From Bacillota bacterium (GTDB lineage: Bacteria > Bacillota > Clostridia > Monoglobales > Firm-18), in assembly GCA_023228885.1 (NCBI GenBank), contig JALOAJ010000009.1:182-64181 (forward strand): DNA of 64,000 nt, written 5' to 3'. The notes below the pieces were generated by a model that was not told the origin of the DNA, did not search any database, and saw only the letters and a list, made by a program, of their open reading frames with translations. Positions 25,504 through 33,283 of the stretch are shown here, one piece after another. Within the stretch, counting starts at the first letter, position 1, and each line of letters begins with the position of its first letter. The translations under genes were made by a program, and so were the position numbers.

Positions 25504-28032
25504 CTACTCTGCTTTGCTTTTAGAAATAGGTTGCAAGGAATTCATAGACCACACAAATGCTTTTAATGTGCAATTTTCTATATCATCCATTGAAATAGGG
25601 TCCATATTTATGGGAACATGAATATCACCATTTTCTATTGAAATCATTTGAACACCGTTCAATGAACTGCCTTGACCGTCATAAGCTACAACTATCAAAG
25701 TTGCATCAAATTCAAAAACTTTTCTGGCTGAATATCTTACATAAATTGTCCCGTCTTCGCGCGATATGCTCATAATATTTACATCTGAAGTATCTTTAAG
25801 TATTTCAAGCATAGACTCGGCATAACGCTGCCCTAATTCTTTTTGCGATGCGGTGTCAAAATGCAAATTGTCACCCAATGTATGCAGACCTTGTGATGAT
25901 ACAAAAGCCGTATATGGTATCTCTTTTTGAACTGTTTCTAAAATGCTGTTTATTTGTTCGTAGTAAGTTGTTCCGTTCTGCACATCCATATCAGTAGATA
26001 TTCCGCCTACAATGAAGGGCAAATCTTCTATTCCTAAATCTGTCTTTAAATCAGCCACTAAAGTTTTCAAGCTATTCATGTAGCCATCAACTCCATGCTC
26101 CCATGCATTGCCTTCTCCCTGATGCCATAGTATTCCTTTAAGTGTTCCGTATTTCATCGCCTCTTTGGTTCGCCTAACCGTTTCAAAATAATAACTGCTG
26201 CTATTTCCTTTTTGCCATTGATTAACGGTTGTTCCGCCAACAGCATTAGAAATAATACCAATAGATGCCTGCGGATTCTGAGCTTTCATATTTTGGGCGA
26301 AAACCGAAACAGGACTATATAAGTTTTGCTTATCCGTAGTTTCCATTGTGGAATACCTGTTAAACCCTGACATAACATTTTTTGTCATGTAATACTTATC
26401 ATTGCCGAAAGCCGCGTCTTCCCATTTATCATAATCATTTAAAAGATAAACATCGGTTAAGTCTTCCGCCTGTTCAACCTCTGTAATGGGCGCACGCCCC
26501 GCCATGTTGGACTGACCGATGCATAAGTACAAATGAAAATCTTCCTTGCTTACTTGGGGAATACTTTGCGATATAATTTCTGATGATAGTCTTTCAATGG
26601 TAATGTTGTCAAATCGAATGGTACCTTCAGTAGGTCTTTGCATTTTCAGCTGAATGGTTAACGAGTTAACATCAGATTTTTCGTCCAAGTTATTTATATA
26701 AGTTGTTTTAGGAATGTAAAAATATTCTGTTTCTAAATCTATCCACCCTTCTTCATCTGCGGTCCATGAATATGCGGTTATTTTGCCTTCTTCATATTTA
26801 CTTGTAACACCTGTACCTATCCTGCCAATCGTATCAGAACTTGTAAGCACATCGCCTAAATATTTGCGTCCGCTGCCTGATGCTCTGATGACAGAGCGTG
26901 CAAACGGATAGTTTAGTGTTGTATTTGGAAATACATCAAGCATGATAGCATTACTTTCGGGCATCTGCACATCTGATTCTAAGTGCACGCGAACACCAAC
27001 TTTAATCATATCACCATGCTTAATTCTGCTTTTTATATTAACCGGAATATAATTTAGACGGGTGGATGCGCTGTTTTCTCCCCCAACGGTAAATTTAATA
27101 TTACTGTCTTCTCCATTTCCATAAGTTTTATCCATTTCCATAGTATTGCCTGCTCCAACCGCACTGCTTGCCCAGCCGTAATTTTGTGTAACGTCATCGC
27201 AAAAAACCGTTTCTTTGGTTTGAACTTTCTTTATAATTGCAATGTCGTCAATATATACGGTGCCACTATCGTTTGCATCATTCCCTCCATACTTGATTTC
27301 TAATTGAAGGCCTGTAAGATTAGCCCAACCGCCGGTGCTTAATGTTTGCACCTCATCATTCGGCAGATAGAAATAATCCGTTTCCAGATACATCCACCTT
27401 TCATGTATGCCGTCACTTACCGGACTGCTTTCAAACGATGTTGCAATATTTCCATATGAATCCGTCACTCCCGCCCCTATTTTTTCATTCATATAATTTG
27501 TTGTAAGCAGCGATGAAAGCCCTTTTGCTGTTACCGGAGATGCAGAGTTCTTTAAAAGAGTTCTTGCAAAAGCATATCCGGTTGAGGTGTTCGCATAAAC
27601 ATTAAGTTGCACACCGTTATTATTGAAGTTAGATAAGGTTGCGCCATCCTCCAAATAGAACCAAACGCCTGCCTTTACACAATCTCCTATGTTAATTTCC
27701 TCGTTGCTGATTGAAAGCCTTCTACGGATAAAGGCGCTGGCGCTACTTCCCTTCACCAGTTTTAAAGCGGATGTTCCGCCTCTCCCCTTGTCTGAAACAA
27801 CGGTGAGCGTGTTTCCGTTGGATGGATTATTGACCCCCACCTGTGATAAATTCCACTTGGTTGTATCGTCATTCCAGCCCGGTTGCAAGTCGTTCATACT
27901 TTCTAAAAAAACAACTTCTTCCGACAATTCTACATTTTCCGATGCAACGCTTACTAAAGTGTTAATCGGAAATTGCATCACTGCAAATGCAAGCACAAGA
28001 AAAATTGATAATACTTTAATTCTTTTCACCAA
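25504..28032 (-). CDS. Secreted carbohydrate esterase: two CBM-like modules, a SASA/DUF303 (sialate O-acetylesterase-like, SGNH-type) domain and the shared C-terminal module
   Basis: The CBM-like modules end TVYIDDIAIIKK and TIRFDNITIERL. Esterase motifs: LYLCIGQSNMAGRAPI, ISNAVGGTTVNQW and ILWHQGEGNA. TTG 28032 lies 6 nt after GGAGA. Confidence 0.85.
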   Translation of the reverse strand: MVKRIKVLSIFLVLAFAVMQFPINTLVSVASENVELSEEVVFLESMNDLQPGWNDDTTKWNLSQVGVNNPSNGNTLTVVSDKGRGGTSALKLVKGSSASAFIRRRLSISNEEINIGDCVKAGVWFYLEDGATLSNFNNNGVQLNVYANTSTGYAFARTLLKNSASPVTAKGLSSLLTTNYMNEKIGAGVTDSYGNIATSFESSPVSDGIHERWMYLETDYFYLPNDEVQTLSTGGWANLTGLQLEIKYGGNDANDSGTVYIDDIAIIKKVQTKETVFCDDVTQNYGWASSAVGAGNTMEMDKTYGNGEDSNIKFTVGGENSASTRLNYIPVNIKSRIKHGDMIKVGVRVHLESDVQMPESNAIMLDVFPNTTLNYPFARSVIRASGSGRKYLGDVLTSSDTIGRIGTGVTSKYEEGKITAYSWTADEEGWIDLETEYFYIPKTTYINNLDEKSDVNSLTIQLKMQRPTEGTIRFDNITIERLSSEIISQSIPQVSKEDFHLYLCIGQSNMAGRAPITEVEQAEDLTDVYLLNDYDKWEDAAFGNDKYYMTKNVMSGFNRYSTMETTDKQNLYSPVSVFAQNMKAQNPQASIGIISNAVGGTTVNQWQKGNSSSYYFETVRRTKEAMKYGTLKGILWHQGEGNAWEHGVDGYMNSLKTLVADLKTDLGIEDLPFIVGGISTDMDVQNGTTYYEQINSILETVQKEIPYTAFVSSQGLHTLGDNLHFDTASQKELGQRYAESMLEILKDTSDVNIMSISREDGTIYVRYSARKVFEFDATLIVVAYDGQGSSLNGVQMISIENGDIHVPINMDPISMDDIENCTLKAFVWSMNSLQPISKSKAE

Positions 28033-28056
28033 CAGTCATCTCCTTTTATTAATTTT

Positions 28057-30504
28057 TTACCTATAAATAACTACATCATATGGATTCCCATAAGACATCA
28101 TTATAAATAGATTTAGCCCCGGCTTGATGTCATCTACCGTTGCAAGATAGATTTTGTCTGTTTTTTCGTCATACTCATATACCCTCAAGTATGTTCCCCC
28201 GGTAGGAAAAGGCGCTTTCGTATCCACACCCTGAACCTTGTACTGCATAAGCATAATACCCGTATTGTATTTTAAAACATTTCCATACATAGCAACAAAC
28301 TTAGTGTTTTTTCCATCGGGCTGTATGTACACATGTTCGGCATTTTTTTCGGCTGTGAAAACCGACTTTAGCCCGGCAATTTTTTTATCCTTTCCCATGG
28401 CGTATTGAAGAATGTCACCGCGTTTAAAGCCTTCAACCGTCTGTGACAGTTCTTGGGTATTCCTTAAATAATAGCTAACAGCCACCCCCCTTTCAAACCC
28501 ATACATTTTTATAAGATGTTCGCCGTTTTCATCGATAGAATCGGTTATTTTGTCAAATACGAATACGGTATTATTATAGTTGTCATAAATGCCTTCGAAA
28601 ATCGCAATGCATCCTGCTATCATACATTCGTCCAAATCATAAGCGGTTACAGTATAGGTGGTTTCATTAGTTAGCATGCCGGGCGCAACTACAACATGAT
28701 CCTCCTCGTTGTTCCCTATTCTAAAAACCTTTGTATTTGCTGTAATGGCAACAAAAGGATGATAACCATTATCCACATCTTCAAGTATGCCGGTTGCGCG
28801 TTTAAACCTTAGCTGTTTTTGCGAAACAAATTCAACAATAGCGTCCTCCTCATCAGAGCCGTTTACTGTAAACAAATTTATAATTGCATCATCGTCATTT
28901 AGTGAGTATTTAATCATTTCTCCATTTTTCGGAATAACTTTCAGTATCTCGTTTTTGTTGCTTTGATGGCCGCCGTTCACTTGTATTCTTCTTGCGGTTT
29001 CGAAAATTTTAATTTCATTTTCTTGTGTATATACGCGCAGCCTTAAAGTGTTATTGAGTTGTTCGGTTTCACACCCTAAAAGATATCCATATTCAAAAAA
29101 CTTCGCATCTTCAAACTTGGCAGCAGCAATTTTCCCGGTTACCGTTAAATAAAAGTATCCTTCCATATTTAATCGAATGTTGGAAATCATGTCTGAAACA
29201 AGAGTATATCTATAACTGCTCCCTTCTACATCAATGCTGTCTGCCGAAATGCTTTGCACAACACCCCTGATAACCCGCTCGCCCACATAAATATATGTTT
29301 TTCCTGCCCCTTTGCTTTTCGCAACAGAAAGAACACTGTTCTCGTGCAAATCATCAAGTTCCAGCAAAGAATTGCCCTGTATAATATAATCGGATGATGT
29401 AATGTGCAGGCTCTCCTTTCCGTGTTTTGCATAAACTATACCATCAGACGGGGCTATTCTATTAACAACATAAGTTTCAAAAGACAATACAATCAGCACT
29501 TCATAATTGCCGTTTGAATTCGAATCAATCAGCCGCACATAGCCATCTTCCATAGCCAAATCATCCCCTGTTACATCAGAACATTTATTATTGAATACTG
29601 TCCATGCATTTCTCGGTATATTAGCTGAATGTATGCGTCCTTTTTTATCCGAATACTTTAAAACATTATTTTCATATGATATTATTTCATCCGAGTCAAT
29701 TTTAACTTCACGACCAAGACTGTGAATAAAAATTAACTTTTGTTCTTCCGCTTTATAAAAATATTCAACCTCATAACCTAAATATTGCTCTGCATTAGTG
29801 TTTTTCGCATAAAGGCGAATTCCGTCAATTTCTATCCACCCTTTAGGCATGACGATTTTATCGCTTGAGAGATTGGTTTGAGAATTGGCATAGATAAGAC
29901 CTTTGCCTTTATCTATATCGTGATAGGCTTTTAGCAAGGTGTTTCCTTTGTATTTTGTTGATTTAGCGTTCAACAAGCTTTCCGATACGCCCCCTATAAC
30001 GGAGGATATGAAGTGAACTTCTGTGTTCAATGCATTGTATATCAACGCTGCCGCTTGGCTTCGCATTATGTATTTTGCAGGAAAATCCGCATCCCGACCA
30101 ATGATTTTTGTTTTTACAGCAAGGCTGAAAATGTCACTGCTTTCAAAAAAAGCGTCATATCCTAAGGCATATAACAATGCCCTTAGCAGCATTTCATAGG
30201 ATGCGTATCCTGAAATGCTATAATTGCGCCAATGACTGAAAGCAGGAATTTTTAGCAGATAGCTAAAAGCCTCTTGTTGATTATTGCATCCGTCAACAGC
30301 CATCATCCCGCATAAGGTATGCGCCAATTCTCCCGCCGTTACATATGCTTGCTCTGCATCAACGTTAAAGATGTCCATTGCTTTTAATAAGTCTAATTTA
30401 TTGGTTGCAGCCATGGTGTAATCATCATCAGCCCACACGCAAACAGGGAATATCATGCTGCATATCAGAAACAAAATAATTATTAGCATTGCGGAGTATT
30501 TCAT
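28057..30504 (-). CDS. Large secreted beta-rich surface protein with degenerate SLH-like N-terminal motifs, paralog of 40997..44056
   Basis: ATG 30504 (RBS GGGGAGG) forms an ATGA overlap with the stop of the SLH gene. Signal peptide MKYSAMLIIILFLICSMIFPVCVWA. Shared with the 1019-aa paralog: LLYALGYDAF / ILSALGYNIL, LLKAYHDIDKGKGLIYAN / FLEKHYKIYEYSGIVQST, IEIDGIRLYAKNTNAEQYLGYEVEYFY / VIIGGRRFHKGKTDAALYFGQNVKAWYD. No catalytic motif was recognised. Confidence 0.65.
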   Translation of the reverse strand: MKYSAMLIIILFLICSMIFPVCVWADDDYTMAATNKLDLLKAMDIFNVDAEQAYVTAGELAHTLCGMMAVDGCNNQQEAFSYLLKIPAFSHWRNYSISGYASYEMLLRALLYALGYDAFFESSDIFSLAVKTKIIGRDADFPAKYIMRSQAAALIYNALNTEVHFISSVIGGVSESLLNAKSTKYKGNTLLKAYHDIDKGKGLIYANSQTNLSSDKIVMPKGWIEIDGIRLYAKNTNAEQYLGYEVEYFYKAEEQKLIFIHSLGREVKIDSDEIISYENNVLKYSDKKGRIHSANIPRNAWTVFNNKCSDVTGDDLAMEDGYVRLIDSNSNGNYEVLIVLSFETYVVNRIAPSDGIVYAKHGKESLHITSSDYIIQGNSLLELDDLHENSVLSVAKSKGAGKTYIYVGERVIRGVVQSISADSIDVEGSSYRYTLVSDMISNIRLNMEGYFYLTVTGKIAAAKFEDAKFFEYGYLLGCETEQLNNTLRLRVYTQENEIKIFETARRIQVNGGHQSNKNEILKVIPKNGEMIKYSLNDDDAIINLFTVNGSDEEDAIVEFVSQKQLRFKRATGILEDVDNGYHPFVAITANTKVFRIGNNEEDHVVVAPGMLTNETTYTVTAYDLDECMIAGCIAIFEGIYDNYNNTVFVFDKITDSIDENGEHLIKMYGFERGVAVSYYLRNTQELSQTVEGFKRGDILQYAMGKDKKIAGLKSVFTAEKNAEHVYIQPDGKNTKFVAMYGNVLKYNTGIMLMQYKVQGVDTKAPFPTGGTYLRVYEYDEKTDKIYLATVDDIKPGLNLFIMMSYGNPYDVVIYR

Positions 30505-31775
30505 TTTTCTGCCTCCCCTAACAGTACAGAAACCATTTTTGCAGCCATCGCTCTTGTACATGTTGATTTTGGATAAAACTTTCCATCATCGTATCCGTTA
30601 ATAACACTTCCGAACTTTTGCATTTCGCGTATTGCTTCCGCCGCATATGGGCTTATGTCGTTGCTATCTATAAATTCTTTATGTATTTCATTGGGTGTTT
30701 CAAACTCTAATTTTATAGTTGTTCTATATAAGATTGTCGCTGCCTGTTCCCGGCTTATATAATCCTCAGGAGAGAATGTTGACAGTTTGGTACCTACAAC
30801 AATGTCTAAATCCACAGCAGAAGCGATGTATAAGTATGCCCAATGATTGTTTGGCACATCATTAAAATCACAATTAGCGGAATCATTGGTTAACCCGAAA
30901 GCGCTAATAATCATTTTAACAAATTCTGCCCTTGTAACAGAGTAATTTGGATAGAAATACCCACCGCCATCACCTTCTACAACACCTTTTTGTAAAAGAT
31001 TATTAATACTTTCAATTGCCCAGGGCACCTCTGCTAAATCTTCAAAGGACTCTATTTTGGAAATTGGCACATCGGCAAACAAGCCCATGCCGCTTATTAC
31101 CTCCTCTATTACAGTTCCGCGGCCTCCCCCGCCGCCACCGCTAAAATTTCTATTAGAACCGGAAGTTTGCTTAGCATAATATTCTTTCACTAACTGATTA
31201 AATTGTTCGGAAAACTTGGTTTTTGAAGAAAACCCTGCAATCTGTAATTCTTGGCAAACTGTTGCCTGATTGAGAGAAGTAAGCAAATTGTACACAGATA
31301 AATCAATACCCAAATATGTATATTCCATCTCGATAATTTTTTTAAGCCCTTGCCAGCCGGCGCTTGTGCCCCTTGTCAGTATGTCAGCATAGTTAAAGTC
31401 GGTTTGCAGCACTTGGTCATCTCCATCAGCGCCCACATATACAGTATATTGACCACTGACGCTATCTTTGCTCATCTCATACTCAAAAGTAAATTCACCG
31501 TCTTTATCCGTTTGAATTTCTTTTATTGTTTCAGTAGCATTTAAAATAGTGTCATTATTTAAATCATCAATTTTAAATGTTGGCTTTAAAATCAGCAAGG
31601 TAATATATGTATTCTCCAAGTCAGACTTTCCGCTTATTATAACTGTTTCATCAGTAATTCCCGCAATTATTGTTTCGTCCTGCGCATTTGTGCAATAATC
31701 GACACCGCAAAATATCACAGAAACTGTAATCACAACTCCTATAATAACTGTACAAATTTTATGCAAATTTCCCAT
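30501..31775 (-). CDS. SLH-domain cell-wall-anchored protein (N-terminal Ig-like/prealbumin-like domain, helical region, Gly run, 3 x SLH)
   Basis: Three C-terminal SLH repeats: FADVP..WAIESINNLLQKGVVEGDGGGYFYPNYSVTRAEFVKMI; FNDVPNNHWAYLYIASAVDLDIVVG..FSPEDYISREQAATIL; FIDSNDISPYAAEAIREMQKFGSVINGYDDGKFYPKSTCTRAMAAKMV. The linker is SGGGGGGRG. Confidence 0.9.
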   Translation of the reverse strand: MGNLHKICTVIIGVVITVSVIFCGVDYCTNAQDETIIAGITDETVIISGKSDLENTYITLLILKPTFKIDDLNNDTILNATETIKEIQTDKDGEFTFEYEMSKDSVSGQYTVYVGADGDDQVLQTDFNYADILTRGTSAGWQGLKKIIEMEYTYLGIDLSVYNLLTSLNQATVCQELQIAGFSSKTKFSEQFNQLVKEYYAKQTSGSNRNFSGGGGGGRGTVIEEVISGMGLFADVPISKIESFEDLAEVPWAIESINNLLQKGVVEGDGGGYFYPNYSVTRAEFVKMIISAFGLTNDSANCDFNDVPNNHWAYLYIASAVDLDIVVGTKLSTFSPEDYISREQAATILYRTTIKLEFETPNEIHKEFIDSNDISPYAAEAIREMQKFGSVINGYDDGKFYPKSTCTRAMAAKMVSVLLGEAEK

Positions 31776-31917
31776 CCTTCCTTTTTATAAATTGTATACA
31801 CAAAAATACAGCTTTTTTCTGCTTATATGGTACCATCTTTCTGTTTTGTTGTAAATGTGCATTATTTTCTAATGTTCATTTTTTCTAAAACACCTTATGT
31901 ATGTGCACATCATGCCT

Positions 31918-32151
31918 TCATTCTGTTAAGCAAACTTCATCTCCATCATTATCAATAATCTCTGTTTTTGTTCGATAGTTGTTTAACCTTTCATCATCTG
32001 CAATAGCATAGGCATTCCCTGCCTCTGGTGAATTAAACATCAGCACATTTTGCATGCGATCATTTTCAACATGTCAATCATATCTGCTGGGCCAACCATT
32101 TAACCAATCATCAGCCAAACAGGTTAGAACTTCATAATTTGACACAGGCAA
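31918..32151 (-). pseudogene. Decayed ORF fragment of unknown family with an in-frame TGA
   Basis: The minus-strand frame reads LPVSNYEVLTCLADDWLNGWPSRYD*HVENDRMQNVLMFNSPEAGNAYAIADDERLNNYRTKTEIIDNDGDEVCLTE*. The internal stop is at 32074-32076. There is no start codon or RBS. Confidence 0.35.
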
Positions 32152-32258
32152 ACTATCTGTTTGCTCATTTATGCTATAATTTTAATATTTAAGTACAAAT
32201 ATTGCCTTAATAAGCAATCCTTTTTGCAAGCTTATACCATGATAAAAACCATAAGCTA

Positions 32259-32417
32259 AGTGTTAATAACAACTGCAAGCTCTGTCTCTTCCAAAAAAAC
32301 ATCCGCGCCAAAGCTTTCAGCAATAAACCTAATAGGTACCATTGTCCTATCGTTTACTATAACTGATGGAACATCTAAAGAGGTTACTCCTAATAGTTTT
32401 GGTGCAATTTTTCTGCA
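32259..32417 (-). pseudogene. Fragment of a copper-amine-oxidase-N-terminal-like (stalk) domain
   Basis: LDVPSVIVNDRTMVPIRFIAESFGADVFLEETELAVVINT matches the P.I.NGRTMVPLRFIAE.LGA.V.W pattern seen intact in the 38747..40990 protein. The upstream part of the ORF is nonsense-like. Confidence 0.4.
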
Positions 32418-32503
32418 ATGCAGGCAAGTGGAATCACTCTTTAATTGATGTAGGTTGCAGATTACGCTATAATGAGCGTAAGCGCATTTCACCATAAATA
32501 GCC

Positions 32504-32752
32504 TTGCGCCAACGGCGTAAATCCGAAATTTATTTGTTAACAAATATATCAAAAGAGTTATGGGAAGAATTGATGAACGCCTATTGCCGAGGGTCTTACA
32601 AAATGGCGTGGGAATCATTATTTAAAAATCTTGAACTTTTTAACAAGGTTTCAAAAGAATGCTCTGTTTTCCTTGGTTATGAATATCCCCCTTATGACAA
32701 TAATGTTAGTAAATATGTAATGGATATGTTTGAAGAATACAGCAAACAAAGC
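32504..32752 (+). pseudogene. ant(6): C-terminal fragment (~70 aa) of an ANT(6) aminoglycoside 6-nucleotidyltransferase (AadE/AadK family)
   Basis: ISKELWEELMNAYCRGSYKMAWESLFKNLELFNKVSKECSVFLGYEYPPYDNNVSKYVMDMFEEY aligns residue for residue with the remembered AadE C-terminus ISEDLWEKLLSTYRMDSYENIWEALFLCHQLFRAVSGEVAERLHYAYPEYDRNITKYTRDMYKKY. The frame is closed by TAA at 32495-32497, so the N-terminal ~200 aa are absent. Confidence 0.6.
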
Positions 32753-32794
32753 CCTTGCGCAAGTGCGGCGAACCCTTTTTGGATATACCCATGT

Positions 32795-33257
32795 TTAATT
32801 ACCGAATTTGTTAGGTGGTACATCAAGACTGGAACAACACACTAAAGATTCTTTGCAAGAGAAACGGTATACATCTCCGATTTCAGCCATAAGCTGCGGA
32901 CACAGAATATCGCCAACTTCGCAAAAGTCCATTACAATGGGATGTTCCGGCAGTTGCTGTACAAGGAGTTTCATTTCGCGTGGAGCAACAGCAAGAGTTC
33001 TGCAATGGCGTTGAGTTGACTGATAGCTTGGGTAATAAGTAATTTGGTTGTTTCGTTTTTTGGCATTATGTTAAAATGCTCAAACGATTCGATATAGACA
33101 TCCTCTGCTTTCGTTTCGCTGAAGTTATAGGACTTGCGCTTGCACCATTTTCGATTGGCTGTTGCAAACGCTTTTTGTGACAAATAGTAAACGCATTGGC
33201 AATGTCAAAACTGCATGGCAAAATCAATCCGCTTTTCGTGACCGTCGCTTTTTTCAA
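32795..33257 (-). mobile_element. IS110-family transposase remnant, frameshifted and truncated at both ends
   Basis: The minus strand reads ...WCKRKSYNFSETKAEDVYIESFEHFNIMPKNETTKLLITQAISQLNAIAELLLLLHAK*. After a frameshift it continues EMKLLVQQLPEHPIVMDFCEVGDILCPQLMAEIGDVYRFSCKESLVCCSSLDVPPNKFGN*. LMAEIGDV.RF......L....G.D.PP is the Transposase_20 signature of IS110 transposases. The DEDD N-domain is missing. Confidence 0.55.
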
Positions 33258-33283
33258 TTTCCCAACCTAAACCCAAGTTATTA

